NCBI GenBank assembly: GCA_026914155.1
Contig: JAPPGH010000063.1
Location: 34,283-98,282, forward strand
DNA: 64,000 nt
From: Candidatus Palauibacter rhopaloidicola
GTDB lineage: Bacteria; Gemmatimonadota; Gemmatimonadetes; Palauibacterales; Palauibacteraceae
Direction: 5' to 3'
Shown here: one piece after another, positions 48,672 to 58,777 of the stretch
How positions within the stretch are numbered: position 1 is the stretch's first letter
How the letters are laid out: every line of letters begins with the position of its first letter
The notes under the pieces: model-generated
What the model saw: only the letters and a program-made list of their open reading frames with translations
Database searches by the model: none
Told to the model about the DNA's origin: nothing
Position numbers and translations under genes: made by a program

Positions 48672-49958
48672 TCAGGCGGCGTCGGCCCGCTCCACGGCCA
48701 GGCCGCTCTCGCGCCAGCGGCCGGCCACCCCGGCGGGCACGCGGGCCACGATGACCACGCACCCGGCTTCGTACGCCCGCTCCAGCACCTCGCCCTCCCG
48801 GTACGCCTCGGCGAGCCGCGCGCCGTCCCCGGCGGGCAGGCTCACGCGCACCGTCTCGAGGCGGGCCCGCATCGCGGCCTGAAGGGCTTCGCGCAACGGC
48901 TCCAGCCCGCCCCGCTCCACGACGGAGGTCAGCACGTGCGGCCGTCCGTCCGCCGCGGCGCGCTCGCGCAGGGCCCGCTCCTCCTCGTGCGTGAGCCGGT
49001 CGATCTTGTTGAAGACCTCGATCACGGGGCGTTCCGCCACGCCGGCCTCCGCCAGCACTTCCTCCACGGCTTCGCGCTGCTCGTCCCGGCTCGGCGACGA
49101 TGCGTCGATCACGTGCAGCAGGAGGTCCGCCTCGGCGAGTTCCTCCATCGTCGCCCGGAAGGACGCCACGAGATGGTGCGGGAGCTTCCGGATGAACCCG
49201 ACCGTGTCGGTGAGGAGGATCGGGCCCGGACCTTCGAGATCGCAAACCCGGGTCGCGGAGTCCACCGTCGCGAACAGCCGGTCCTCCACGAAGACGTCGG
49301 AGCCCGAGAGCGCGCGCAGGACGGAGGATTTGCCCGCGTTCGTATAGCCCGTGAGCGCCACGGTGAACTGCTCGCTCCTGGCTCGGCGCTGCGTGACCCG
49401 CGCCCGCGCAATGTGGTCGAGCTTGCGCCGCAGCCGGGCCAGGCGACGGTCGATGAGCCGGCGGTCGGTCTCGATCTGCTGCTCACCGGGCCCGCGCGCG
49501 CCGATGCCTCCGCCCTCGCGCGAGAGGTGGGTCCACATCCGCTTCAGCCGCGTCCGCATGTACTGAAGCTGGGCGAGTTCGACCTGGAGCTTCGCTTCCG
49601 ACGTCCGGGCCCGGAGCGCGAAGATGTCGAGGATGAGTTCGGTGCGGTCGAGAGCGCGCACGCCGAGCGCCGCTTCCAGGTTCGCCCCCTGGGCCGGTGT
49701 GAGTTCCTCGTCGAAGATGGCGAGCGTCGCGTCGTGCTCCCGGAGCGCCCGCCCCAGGCGGTCGACCTTCCCCTTGCCGATGAAGGTCGAGGCGTTCGGC
49801 CTGCGCAGCCGCTGGACGACCGCGCCCCGGACGTCGGCGCCCGCCGTCCCGGCGAGGCGGGCGAGTTCCTCGAGGTGTTCGTCCACCGTCTCCTGGGGCA
49901 TGTCGGGCGGTGGCGCGCCCACGAGCACCGCGCGCTCCGCCACCCGATCCGACGTCAC
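48672..49958 (-). CDS. hflX: GTPase HflX
   Basis: HflX N-domain (ELLEL..TAG......V.Q......P.TFIGKGK), a coiled linker (QVELAQLQY), then G1 GYTNAGKSS, G3 DTVGF and G4 NKID. Confidence 0.92.
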   Translation of the reverse strand: MTSDRVAERAVLVGAPPPDMPQETVDEHLEELARLAGTAGADVRGAVVQRLRRPNASTFIGKGKVDRLGRALREHDATLAIFDEELTPAQGANLEAALGVRALDRTELILDIFALRARTSEAKLQVELAQLQYMRTRLKRMWTHLSREGGGIGARGPGEQQIETDRRLIDRRLARLRRKLDHIARARVTQRRARSEQFTVALTGYTNAGKSSVLRALSGSDVFVEDRLFATVDSATRVCDLEGPGPILLTDTVGFIRKLPHHLVASFRATMEELAEADLLLHVIDASSPSRDEQREAVEEVLAEAGVAERPVIEVFNKIDRLTHEEERALRERAAADGRPHVLTSVVERGGLEPLREALQAAMRARLETVRVSLPAGDGARLAEAYREGEVLERAYEAGCVVIVARVPAGVAGRWRESGLAVERADAA

Positions 49959-51466
49959 TCTGTCGATCGCTTCTCCTCCATGGTCTCGGCGCCGGTCTCG
50001 GCGCCGGTCTCGGCGCCCGCCTCGGCCCCCGACTCTTCCGCGGGGTCCGCTTCCGTCGCTGCCCGCGCCCGGCTGTCGCGAATCACTTCGAGCCGGCGCC
50101 TCGCCTCCGCTTCCCAGCCGCGCTCCACCGGATCGTACCAGCGGCTTCCGCGCAGCGACTCCGGAAGGTAGGACTGGGCCGCCACGCCGTCTTCCTCATC
50201 GTGATCGTATCGATACCCCGATCCGTACCCCAGTTCCTTCATGAGCCGCGTGGGCGAGTTCCGGATATGGAACGGGACGGGCTCGGCGGGCGTTTCGCGC
50301 GCGGCGCGGGCGGCGCCGCCGAACGCCCGGTAGACCGCGTTCGATTTCGGGGCGATGGCGAGGTAGGTCACCGCCTGGGCCAGGGCCAGGTCTCCCTCGG
50401 GGCTGCCGAGAAAGTGGTACGCGTCCCGCGCCGCGATCGTGACCGCGAGCGCGCCGGGATCCGCGAGTCCGACATCCTCGGCGGCCATGCGCACGATGCG
50501 CCGGGCCAGGTACATGGGGTCCTCGCCGCCGTCCAGCATCCGCGCGAGCCAGTAGAGCGCGGCATCGGCGTCCGAACCGCGCACGGCCTTGTGCAGGGCG
50601 GAGATGAGGTTGAAGTGCTCCTCGCCCGACTTGTCGTAGCGCGCGAACCGTTTCTGCAGCGCCGCCGCCACGTGATCCACGGAGATCGCGGGGACGCCGT
50701 CCACGCCGGCCAGGTCCGCCGCCGTCTCGAGCGCGTTGAGGGCGCGGCGGGCATCCCCGTCCGACTCGGTCCCGAGCCGGGCCAGGGCGTCCTCGTCGAT
50801 GGCGAGGCCGGTGGCTCCGAGTCCGCGCTCCCCGTCCCGCAGCGCGCGGGCGCAGATCTCCGCGACATCTTCCGGCGCCAGCGGCTCGAGGACGAAGACG
50901 CGGGTGCGCGAAAGGAGCGGGCCGATGACCTCGAAGCTGGGGTTCTCCGTCGTGGCCCCGATGAGGGTGACGGCGCCGCGCTCGACGTGCGGAAGGAGGG
51001 CGTCCTGCTGCGCCCGGTTGAAGCGGTGGATCTCATCGACGAAGAGGACGGTGCCGCGGCGCGTGGCCGCGCGGCGCGCCTTCGCCTCTTCCAGGATGCG
51101 GCGGACGCGGGGGATCCCGTCGGTCACGGCGGAGAAGGGGACGAACGCGGCTTCCATCCGGCCGGCCAGCATCCCGGCGAGGGTGGTCTTACCCGTTCCC
51201 GGCGGACCCCAGAAGATGAGGCTCGGGACGCGGCCGCTCTCGATGAGCTGGCGCAGCGGCCGGTTCTCGCCGACGAGCTTCGGCTGGCCGACGAACTCCT
51301 CGAGCGTCCGCGGCCGCATGCGGGCGGCGAGCGGCGCGTCGGCCAGGCCGGCATCCCGGGCCCCGTCGGCTCCCGGCCCGCCGGCGTCCGGGGGCTCGGC
51401 GCGCGTGCCGGCGCGCGGTTCGGCGCGCGGTTCCATGCCGGCGAACAGGCTCGGCTCGTCAGTCAT
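49955..51466 (-). CDS. rarA: replication-associated recombination protein A (RarA/MgsA AAA+ ATPase)
   Basis: PLAARMRPRTLEEFVGQ, Walker A GPPGTGKTT, Walker B LFVDEIHRFN, GATTENPSFE, and the C-terminal MgsA domain (HFNLISALHKAVRGSD.DAALYWLARML). The tail carries a (GAET)3 repeat, 3 x 12 bp GGTCTCGGCGCC at 49982..50017. Confidence 0.92.
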   Translation of the reverse strand: MTDEPSLFAGMEPRAEPRAGTRAEPPDAGGPGADGARDAGLADAPLAARMRPRTLEEFVGQPKLVGENRPLRQLIESGRVPSLIFWGPPGTGKTTLAGMLAGRMEAAFVPFSAVTDGIPRVRRILEEAKARRAATRRGTVLFVDEIHRFNRAQQDALLPHVERGAVTLIGATTENPSFEVIGPLLSRTRVFVLEPLAPEDVAEICARALRDGERGLGATGLAIDEDALARLGTESDGDARRALNALETAADLAGVDGVPAISVDHVAAALQKRFARYDKSGEEHFNLISALHKAVRGSDADAALYWLARMLDGGEDPMYLARRIVRMAAEDVGLADPGALAVTIAARDAYHFLGSPEGDLALAQAVTYLAIAPKSNAVYRAFGGAARAARETPAEPVPFHIRNSPTRLMKELGYGSGYRYDHDEEDGVAAQSYLPESLRGSRWYDPVERGWEAEARRRLEVIRDSRARAATEADPAEESGAEAGAETGAETGAETMEEKRSTE

Positions 51467-52842
51467 CGGCAGTCATCGGCGCCGGGCAGCCCGTTGCCGG
51501 CGGCGGGCGTGTCGCGCGGGCGCGAGGCATCGGCGAGCGAGCCGATCTCGATCAGCCGGCGCGCCTCTTCGAGCAGGGGCGCGCGCTCGTTGCGGCCGGG
51601 GTCCTCGATGACCTGTTCGAGCAACTCCTCCAGCAGCAGCCGCACGAGCGGACCCGGCGACATGCCGAGCGCAAGGAGGTCGTCTCCCTTGACCGCGAGA
51701 CCCGCCAGGTCGAGCGCCGGGTCTCCCGCGCGCTCTTCCCGCACGCGCTCCCGGGTCGCCTCCAGGTAGCGCTCCGCCCGCGTCTCTCCGGCGGCGCGGG
51801 CGACGGCGAAGTGCAACTCGAACAGGTCCTCCCACGCGTCGCCGACCGCCGCGAGCCAGCGCCGGTGCTCCGCCGCCGAGTCCAGCGCCCCGACGAAGGG
51901 GAGGTACAGCCGCGCGAGCCGCGCGACGTAGCGCCGGTCCGCGTTGGAGAACTTCAGCCGCGAGAGCAGCGACTCGGCGGCTTCGGCCCGCCCCTCCGGC
52001 GTTTCGGACCCGCACACGAGCAGGCTCGCAAGTCGCACGTTCGCGGCCTGCGCCGGGGCCGCATCGACGGCGCCGAGCGCGGCCCGCCACGCGTCGCCGT
52101 CCGCCGCGAGCCCGAGCAACTCCGGGTACCAGTGGCCCAGCGCCGCGCAGTCCGCGTACAGCTCCAGCGCGGCCGAGGGCTTCGGGTTCGCCATGACCTT
52201 GAGCAGCTCCTCCCGCACGCGCTCGGCCGACAGCCCGGACAGGCCGCCCACCGCCTCCCGCATCGCTTCGTCGGTGCGCGCCTCCACCGCCCACTCGAAG
52301 CGTCCCGCGAACCGGAAGCCGCGCAGGACGCGCAGGTAATCCTCGCGGAAGCGCGCCTCGGGCTCTCCCACGGCGCGCAGGATCCCGTCTTCGATGTCCT
52401 CCGCGCCGCCCCACGAGTCGCGCACCTCGCCGGAGGCGGGCCGCCAGGCGATCGCGTTCGCCGTGAAGTCCCGGCGGCTCAGGTCCTCCTCGATGGAATC
52501 GGCGAAGGCCACCCGCGCGTGGCGCCCGTCCGTCTCGACGTCGCGCCGGAAGGTCGTCACCTCGTACCCGTCGTCCCCGTCGAGAACCTTCACGGTCCCG
52601 TGCGACACGCCGACCGGGACGGTGCGCGGAAAGAGGCGCATGACGTCATCGGGCCGCGCGTCCGTCGTCAGGTCCTCCCAATCCGGCTGGGGCAGGTCGG
52701 GCGTGCCCCCGATCTGGGCGACGTAGGCATCGCGGATCGCGCCGCCCACGGCCCAGGCCTCGAAACCCGCGGCCTCGAGCCGGTCCGCGGTGCGGGAGAA
52801 CCCGGGCGGCGGGGAGAATCGGCCCGGATCGATCGCGCTCAC
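51463..52842 (-). CDS. CCA-adding enzyme / poly(A) polymerase family tRNA nucleotidyltransferase
   Basis: 459 aa: AVGGAIRD, HGTVKV, TTFRRD...DGRH, DLSRRDFTANAIA and an HD-less helical body. CCA-adding versus A-adding or poly(A) specificity cannot be read from sequence by eye. Confidence 0.8.
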   Translation of the reverse strand: MSAIDPGRFSPPPGFSRTADRLEAAGFEAWAVGGAIRDAYVAQIGGTPDLPQPDWEDLTTDARPDDVMRLFPRTVPVGVSHGTVKVLDGDDGYEVTTFRRDVETDGRHARVAFADSIEEDLSRRDFTANAIAWRPASGEVRDSWGGAEDIEDGILRAVGEPEARFREDYLRVLRGFRFAGRFEWAVEARTDEAMREAVGGLSGLSAERVREELLKVMANPKPSAALELYADCAALGHWYPELLGLAADGDAWRAALGAVDAAPAQAANVRLASLLVCGSETPEGRAEAAESLLSRLKFSNADRRYVARLARLYLPFVGALDSAAEHRRWLAAVGDAWEDLFELHFAVARAAGETRAERYLEATRERVREERAGDPALDLAGLAVKGDDLLALGMSPGPLVRLLLEELLEQVIEDPGRNERAPLLEEARRLIEIGSLADASRPRDTPAAGNGLPGADDCR

Positions 52843-52849
52843 GGCATTC

Positions 52850-53632
52850 TCAGCCGCACAGCACGCTGCCGCCGTTCACGTTGAGGATCTCGCCCGTGAT
52901 GTGGCGGGCCGCGTCGGAGAGGAGGAAGCAGATGGGCCCGGCGATGTCTTCGGCTGTGGCGACGCGCCCGAGCGGGATCAAGGTCAGCGCGGCGCGCCCG
53001 GCCTCTCCCTGAAGCGCGGGCGAGGACATGTCCGTGTCGACCCAGCCGGGGGCGACGGCGTTCACGTTGATCGACCTCGGGCCGAGTTCGGTCGCGACCG
53101 ACTTGCAGAACGCGTTGATCGCCCCCTTCGACGCGGCGTAGTGGCTGTGCTCCGCCTCGCCCCGCTGGGACGCCGTGGAGGAGACGAGGACGATTTTCCC
53201 GTCCGCGCGCATGCGAAGCGCCGCCTCGCGCGTGCTCGTGTAGATCGACGTGAGGTTCGTCTCGATCATGTGTCGCCACTCGTCCGCCTCGAGCGACTCG
53301 ATGGGCCGCGCGTCCACGTTCCAGATGCCGGCGTTGCCCACGAACCCGTCCAGTCCACCGAACTCGGCGTCCGCGCGCTCGAACAGCGCCCGGCACTCGG
53401 CGGGCTCGGCCAGATCCGCGCCGGCGCACCAGTGGCGCCCGTCCGGCGCGAGCGCGTACGCCTCATCGACCGCCCGCAGCGCCTCGGCCTCCGCCCGGTG
53501 GTAGGCGACGCCGACGGACGCGCCCGACGCGGCGAGGCCCTGCACGGTGGCGCGCCCGATCCCGCGTGAACCTCCGGTGACGAGCACGCGCTTGCCCGCG
53601 AGACCGGGCAACCCCGGCGCCGTCGATATCAT
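52850..53632 (-). CDS. SDR family oxidoreductase (FabG-like)
   Basis: 260 aa with the cofactor motif VTGGSRGIGRA, NAG, the catalytic S...YAASK and PGWVDTDM. Confidence 0.88.
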   Translation of the reverse strand: MISTAPGLPGLAGKRVLVTGGSRGIGRATVQGLAASGASVGVAYHRAEAEALRAVDEAYALAPDGRHWCAGADLAEPAECRALFERADAEFGGLDGFVGNAGIWNVDARPIESLEADEWRHMIETNLTSIYTSTREAALRMRADGKIVLVSSTASQRGEAEHSHYAASKGAINAFCKSVATELGPRSINVNAVAPGWVDTDMSSPALQGEAGRAALTLIPLGRVATAEDIAGPICFLLSDAARHITGEILNVNGGSVLCG

Positions 53633-53636
53633 TGCG

Positions 53637-54005
53637 TCATCTCCTCCTCGTTGAATCGTTGTTGAATCGTTCGCCGATCAGCCCGTCCGGACCCGCCCGC
53701 TCGGCGAGCCGGCATGCCCTCGCGGCGCTTCCCCCCAGGGCCGGATCCGCGGCCGCCTCGAGCGCGTAGGTGAGGATCGCGTCCGCGGCGAGCAGGGTCA
53801 CCGCCCCGGCGCGGGCCTCCTCGCCTTCCGCCGCGTCCGCCAGTGCATCGAGCGCCGCATGGACGAGTCCCTCCTCGCCCTCCGCCAGACGCCCCCGAAC
53901 CAGCGGCCACACCGCTTCCGCCAGCTCCGGCGGCGCGCTCTCGAGGCGTCCCGCGAGCCAGGTCTCGAGCGTGAGGGGGCCGGGTTCGGCCGGCACGTCA
54001 GCCAC
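53637..54005 (-). CDS. hypothetical Ala/Glu-rich helical protein
   Basis: 122-aa ORF whose start overlaps the alaS stop by 8 nt. The composition is consistent with helical coding sequence. No recognised motif. Confidence 0.5.
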   Translation of the reverse strand: MADVPAEPGPLTLETWLAGRLESAPPELAEAVWPLVRGRLAEGEEGLVHAALDALADAAEGEEARAGAVTLLAADAILTYALEAAADPALGGSAARACRLAERAGPDGLIGERFNNDSTRRR

Positions 54006-56688
54006 CGGAGAGGGCGGGCACCCGCTCGACAGCCCAGGCCCGGGCCGCGCCGAGCCCGTCTTCCGTTCGCGACGGGTCGCCCACGCCCCCCTGTGCGAAG
54101 CGCGCGCCGCCGCCGCCGCCGGAACCCGTGGCCCGGCTCGACACGCGGACGAGGTCTCCCGCCTTCACGCCGAGCCGGATGAGGTCGTCCGACACGACGG
54201 AGATGAACGCGTGGCGGTCCTCGTCCGGGAACACGACGTGGACGACGGCGGCGCCCGACCCCATCCCGCCGCGCAGGCGGTCGCCGAGCGCGCCGAGGTC
54301 CGTGCCGGCGGGCACCTCCAGGCGCCCCGACACGAAGCGGGCCCCGTTCGCGTCCCCCGCACCCGCCGCGCTCGCGCCGGCGAGCAGCGTCTCCAACTGT
54401 CGCTCCGCCGCATCTCCCCGCTGACCCCGAACCTCCTCGGCAAGCGCATCGCGTTCCTCGAGGAGCCGATCCATGCGGGCCGTCAGGTCCGCCGGCGGGC
54501 AGCGCAACCGCGCGGCGAGTTCGGCGAGGAGCCGCTCTCGCTCCAGTTCGCGCCGGTAGGCCCCCTGCCCCGTCACCGCTTCGATGCGCCGGATCCCCGC
54601 CGCGACCCCCGTCTCGGAAACGATCCGGAACGTCCCGACCTGACCCGTCGTACGGACGTGCGTGCCGCCGCACAGCTCCAGGCTGAGGCCCGGAACCTCG
54701 ATCACGCGCACGATGTCCCCGTACTTCTCTCCGAACAGGGCCATGGCCCCGGCCGCGATCGCCTCGTCGTAGTCCCGCTGCGACGCGTCGACGTCGTGGT
54801 TGCCGAGGATCGCCTCCGTCACCTCCGCCTCGATGTCCGCCCGCTCCGCCGGCGTCAGCGGACCCCGGTGGCTGAAGTCGAAGCGCAGCCGGTCCGGGGC
54901 CACGAGCGAGCCGGCCTGCTGCACGTGCTCGCCCAGCCGGTTCCGGAGCGCCGCGTGCAGCAGGTGCGTCGCCGTGTGATTCCGCTCCGTCTCGCGACGC
55001 GACGGATCCACCTGTGCGAGCACATAGTCCTCGACCCCCTCGGCTTCAGACAGGGAGCCCTCCGCGAGCGCACCCGCGACGAGGGTCTGGCCGCCGTCGT
55101 CCCAGACCTCCGAGATGTCGACCGCCCAACCGTCACCCGCGACGCGCCCGGTATCGGACACCTGCCCGCCGCTCTCCAGGTAGAACGGATTCCGCTCGAG
55201 CAGGAACGCGTGGCGCCCGTCCGACGCCCAGCGGCGGCAGTCCGTTTCGATTTCGAGATCTCCGTATCCCACGAATTCCTGCGGGCGGGACCCGAGGGAG
55301 GCGGTCGCGGCGATCTTGCCGCCCAACCCGGCCGTAAGGGTCGCCCTCGCGTCGACAGACGTCGCTTGGCCACCCTCGCGCGAACGGGCGCGCTGGGCTT
55401 CGAGCGCCTCGTTGAAGCCGGGCCAGTCCACGCCGTAGCCGCGTTCGCGGGCGATGAGGCCGGTGAGGTCCTCGGGGATGCCGTACGTGTCCTTCAGCTT
55501 GAACGCGACGTCGCCCGCCACCGTGCCCGAGCCTCCCTCCGGCATCGCGCGGTCGATCTCGCGCATGCCGCCCTCGATGGTCGAGAGGAAGAGTTCCTCC
55601 TCCGCCCGCGTCGTGGAGAGGAGGTGCTCCCGCCGCGCCTCAAGCTCCGGGAAGGTGGCCGACATGCGGTCCGCCACGACGCCCACGAGGTCGTGCAGGA
55701 GCGGGTCGCGCCGGCCCAGCAGCCAGTAGTGCCGGACCGCCCGGCGCAGGATCCGGCGCAGCACGTATCCCCGCTTCTCGTTCGAGGGGAAGACGCCGTC
55801 GGCGAGCAGGAACGCCACGGCCCGGGCGTGATCCGCCAGGACGCGGAAGGCGACGCCGTCCTCCCAGTCCTCGGGCGCCCGTGAGTACTCGATCCCGAGC
55901 CCCTGCTCCGCCGCCTCGATGATCGGGAGGAAGAGGTCCGTGTGGTAGTTCGTTCCCACGCCCTGCAGCAGCGCCGCGATCCGCTCGAGTCCGGCGCCCG
56001 TGTCGATCGAGGGCGCGGGGAGCGGCGTGTCCGTCCCGTCCGGCGCGCGGTCGAACTGCATGAAGACGAGGTTCCAGAACTCGATGATCCGATCCGCCTC
56101 GCCCGCCGCCTCGAACTGCGCGTCGGTGATGCGGTCGTCGCGCTCCGTCCGCAGGTCGTAGTGCAGTTCCGAGCAGGGGCCGCACGGGCCCGTGTCGCCC
56201 ATCTGCCAGAAGTTGTCCTTGTCCCCCATGCGCCGGATCCGCGACTCCGGGATCGAGGTCCGCTTCAGCCAGAGGTCGAAGGCGTCATCGTCGTCGTGGT
56301 GGACCGTGGCCCACAGGCGGCCGGGCTCCAGCCCGAGATCCCCCGTCACCCACTCCCAGGCAAAGTCGATCGCGTCGCGCTTGAAGTAGTCGCCGAAGGA
56401 GAAATTCCCGAGCATCTCGAAGAAGGTGTGGTGGCGCGCGGTGCGCCCCACTTCCTCGAGGTCGTTGTGCTTGCCGCTCACGCGGAGGCACTTCTGGGAC
56501 GTGACGGCGCGGGGGGGACTCGGGCGCTCCGTCTCTCCCGTGAAGATGCCCTTGAACTGCACCATCCCGGCGTTCGTGAACATGAGGGTCGGGTCATCCG
56601 CAGGGACGAGCGGGCCGCTGGGCCGATGCTCGTGCCCCTGCCGCTCGAAGTAGGAGATGAAACTCCGCCGGAGTTCGTCGGCCTTCAT
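53998..56688 (-). CDS. alaS: alanine--tRNA ligase
   Basis: 896 aa: FISYFERQGHEH.PS..LVP.DDPTL.FTNAGM.QFK, FFEMLGNFSFGDYFK, the editing-domain HxxxH (NHTATHLLHAALR), CGGTHV and the C-terminal DHHA1-like domain. Confidence 0.96.
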   Translation of the reverse strand: MKADELRRSFISYFERQGHEHRPSGPLVPADDPTLMFTNAGMVQFKGIFTGETERPSPPRAVTSQKCLRVSGKHNDLEEVGRTARHHTFFEMLGNFSFGDYFKRDAIDFAWEWVTGDLGLEPGRLWATVHHDDDDAFDLWLKRTSIPESRIRRMGDKDNFWQMGDTGPCGPCSELHYDLRTERDDRITDAQFEAAGEADRIIEFWNLVFMQFDRAPDGTDTPLPAPSIDTGAGLERIAALLQGVGTNYHTDLFLPIIEAAEQGLGIEYSRAPEDWEDGVAFRVLADHARAVAFLLADGVFPSNEKRGYVLRRILRRAVRHYWLLGRRDPLLHDLVGVVADRMSATFPELEARREHLLSTTRAEEELFLSTIEGGMREIDRAMPEGGSGTVAGDVAFKLKDTYGIPEDLTGLIARERGYGVDWPGFNEALEAQRARSREGGQATSVDARATLTAGLGGKIAATASLGSRPQEFVGYGDLEIETDCRRWASDGRHAFLLERNPFYLESGGQVSDTGRVAGDGWAVDISEVWDDGGQTLVAGALAEGSLSEAEGVEDYVLAQVDPSRRETERNHTATHLLHAALRNRLGEHVQQAGSLVAPDRLRFDFSHRGPLTPAERADIEAEVTEAILGNHDVDASQRDYDEAIAAGAMALFGEKYGDIVRVIEVPGLSLELCGGTHVRTTGQVGTFRIVSETGVAAGIRRIEAVTGQGAYRRELERERLLAELAARLRCPPADLTARMDRLLEERDALAEEVRGQRGDAAERQLETLLAGASAAGAGDANGARFVSGRLEVPAGTDLGALGDRLRGGMGSGAAVVHVVFPDEDRHAFISVVSDDLIRLGVKAGDLVRVSSRATGSGGGGGARFAQGGVGDPSRTEDGLGAARAWAVERVPALSGG

Positions 56689-57275
56689 CGTGTATCCGCC
56701 TCAGCCTGCCAGTTGACCTCGATCCAGGCGCGAATGCGACTCGCGTCGAACCCGCGCCGGGCCAGGTAGTCGAACAGCCGCCGACGCGCCTTCGACGGGT
56801 CCGCCCCCGTCAGCCTCCGCGCCCGGGCCGTCGCAACGCGCTGCAGCAGCGCCTCTTCCGTCGCGCCCTCCTCCGCCATCGCTTCGCGGATGCCGCGATC
56901 CGCATCCTCCCGCGACACGCCCCGGGCGAGAAGGTCGGACTGCATGCGACGGGTTCCACAGGGCCGGAGCCGGATGCGATCCCGCGCGAAGCTGGCAGCG
57001 AACTGCGCGTCGTCGAGATACCCCAGCGCCGCGAGACGTTCCAGTGCGTGCTGAATCGCCGCCGGGTCGATCCGGTCCCGCCGCAGCCGGCGCTCCGTTT
57101 CCCGGCGACTCCTCGGGCGCACGGAAAGGTAGCGCAGCCCGACGAACATCGCTTCGGCGCGCCCGCCCGCGGCCTGAACGGCTTCGAGTTCCGCGGATTC
57201 GAGCCGGAGCCCGACCTCGAGCCGCAGTCGGGACGCGTCTTCGTCCGGAAGTCGACAGAGGAAAGCGCCGTCCAA
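56685..57275 (-). CDS. recX: recombination regulator RecX
   Basis: 196 aa with three helical repeats (ALRYLSVRPRSRRE...L......A....L..L...GYLDD..FA..F). It lies between recA and alaS, the conserved recA-recX-alaS order. Confidence 0.85.
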   Translation of the reverse strand: MDGAFLCRLPDEDASRLRLEVGLRLESAELEAVQAAGGRAEAMFVGLRYLSVRPRSRRETERRLRRDRIDPAAIQHALERLAALGYLDDAQFAASFARDRIRLRPCGTRRMQSDLLARGVSREDADRGIREAMAEEGATEEALLQRVATARARRLTGADPSKARRRLFDYLARRGFDASRIRAWIEVNWQAEADTR

Positions 57276-57358
57276 CTGGACCTCGGTCCAGCCGGAGCGG
57301 CGCTTGACCGGGACGAGGTCGGTGATCTCCCCGGTTGTGTGGCGGTCGTCGCCGGAAT

Positions 57359-58459
57359 TCAGCGCCCGGTGGCCTGCTTCGAGGACGGCCGGGAGTTCTT
57401 CGCCTCCGCCGCGCCCGCTCCCGCCGCGGCCTCGGCCGCGTCAGGGTCCGGGATCGTCATCCCGAGTTCTTCGCGGATCCGGGCCTCGATCTCCTCCGCG
57501 ATGTCCGGGTTCTCCCGCAGGAAGGTCTTCGAGTTCTCGCGCCCCTGCCCGAGCCGGACATCGCCGCCGTACGAGTACCAGGCGCCCGCCCGGTTCACGA
57601 TGCCGATGCTCTCGCCCATGTCCACGAGCAGACCCTCCCGGCTCACGCCCTGGTTGAACATGATGTCGAACTCGGCCTGCTTGAACGGCGGCGCGCACTT
57701 GTTCTTGACGACCTTCACGCGGGTCCGGCTCCCGACGAGGTTGTTCCCCTCCTTGATGGAGGCGATCCGGCGGATGTCGAGTCGGAGCGAGGAGTAGAAC
57801 TTCAGCGCCCGGCCGCCCGTCGTGGTCTCGGGATTCCCGTACATGACGCCGATCTTTTCGCGAATCTGGTTCGTGAAGATCACGGCGGTGTTCGAGCGCC
57901 CGATCGCGCCCGTCAGCTTGCGGAGGGCCTGCGACATCAGCCGCGCCTGAAGGCCGACGTGCGAATCCCCCATCTCGCCTTCGATCTCGGCCCGCGGCAC
58001 GAGCGCGGCCACCGAGTCCACCACGATAACGTCGAGCGCGCCGGACCGGACGAGCACCTCGGCGATCTCGAGCGCCTGTTCGCCCGTATCGGGCTGCGAC
58101 ACGAGCAGGTTCTCGATGTCGACGCCCAGTCTCTGCGCGTATCCGACGTCGAGCGCGTGCTCGGCATCGATGAACGCCGCGACGCCGCCGTCCTTCTGCG
58201 CGTTCGCGATGACGTGGAGGGTGAGAGTGGTCTTACCCGACGATTCGGGACCGAAGATCTCGGTCACGCGCGACCTCGGAATGCCGCCGATCCCGGTGCT
58301 GTGGTCCAGGTTGATCGCCCCCGTTGAAATGGCGGGGATCCGCACCCGCGCCCCTTCGGTTCCGAGCCGCATGATGGCTCCCTTGCCGTGGGCCCGTTCG
58401 ATCTGGTTGAGGGCCACGGACAACGCCTTCTTCTGTTCCCGATCCATCTCCACACCCAT
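57359..58459 (-). CDS. recA: recombinase RecA
   Basis: From ATG 58459 (GGGAGAG upstream): [23 protein letters not shown], Walker [28 protein letters not shown] and [15 protein letters not shown]. The longer track ORF (58591) adds a non-homologous leader. Confidence 0.96.
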   Translation of the reverse strand: MGVEMDREQKKALSVALNQIERAHGKGAIMRLGTEGARVRIPAISTGAINLDHSTGIGGIPRSRVTEIFGPESSGKTTLTLHVIANAQKDGGVAAFIDAEHALDVGYAQRLGVDIENLLVSQPDTGEQALEIAEVLVRSGALDVIVVDSVAALVPRAEIEGEMGDSHVGLQARLMSQALRKLTGAIGRSNTAVIFTNQIREKIGVMYGNPETTTGGRALKFYSSLRLDIRRIASIKEGNNLVGSRTRVKVVKNKCAPPFKQAEFDIMFNQGVSREGLLVDMGESIGIVNRAGAWYSYGGDVRLGQGRENSKTFLRENPDIAEEIEARIREELGMTIPDPDAAEAAAGAGAAEAKNSRPSSKQATGR

Positions 58460-58534
58460 TTCACGCTCTCCCGATTTCCGAGGGGCCCGCCGGGCCGATG
58501 ACGGGGATTCGATCACCCGCCGCGGCGGAGGTTG

Positions 58535-58563
58535 ACAATACCACGCCGGACGACCTTTCGCAA
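58535..58563 (-). promoter_or_regulatory. candidate sigma70-type promoter of recA
   Basis: Minus strand: TTGCGA (58563..58558), a 17-nt spacer, then TATTGT (58540..58535). It lies about 75 nt upstream of the recA ATG. Confidence 0.45.
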
Positions 58564-58644
58564 TTTCTTCGGTTTTGCTCCGATCGTGCAATCCGGCCGT
58601 CCAAAATCAGGATGGAGCCACGTCTCAACGGGCGATCAACTTGG

Positions 58645-58672
58645 GGGGCCGTACGCTTGGTTTGACGGCCCC
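58645..58672 (-). terminator. 8-bp GC hairpin (GGGGCCGU-N12-ACGGCCCC) between the low-GC module and the recA promoter
   Basis: Perfect inverted repeat at 58645..58652 and 58665..58672. No U-run follows on the minus strand and only UUUC on the plus strand. This is a possible insulator or terminator. Confidence 0.3.
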
Positions 58673-58681
58673 TTTCACCCT

Positions 58682-58744
58682 GGAGGTGGAGGAGGAGGAG
58701 GCGGGGGAGGAGGAGGCGGCGGCGGCGTCGGAGGTGGCGGCGGA
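58682..58744. repeat. (GGN)21 triplet tract in an intergenic region (20 GGN + 1 GTC)
   Basis: GGA GGT GGA GGA GGA GGA GGC GGG GGA GGA GGA GGC GGC GGC GGC GTC GGA GGT GGC GGC GGA, read directly. It lies between the stop of ORF 58778..59323 and the recA promoter. Confidence 0.95.
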
Positions 58745-58777
58745 CTGGTCGGCCTGGGGATGTTCGATTTCTCTTCG

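Noticed and set aside
51463-52842. Possible deviation of the catalytic D-x-D motif in the nucleotidyltransferase (GGAIRD...PQPDWEDLTT)
   Set aside because: The spacing looks unusual, with a longer loop and DWED instead of D-x-D. I cannot align this reliably by eye, and a DxE or shifted register may be normal for the subfamily.
58460-58600. SOS (LexA) box upstream of recA
   Set aside because: I found no CTGT-N8-ACAG, CGAAC-N4-GTTCG or GTTC-N7-GTTC-type palindrome. The LexA motif of this lineage is unknown to me, so no call is made.
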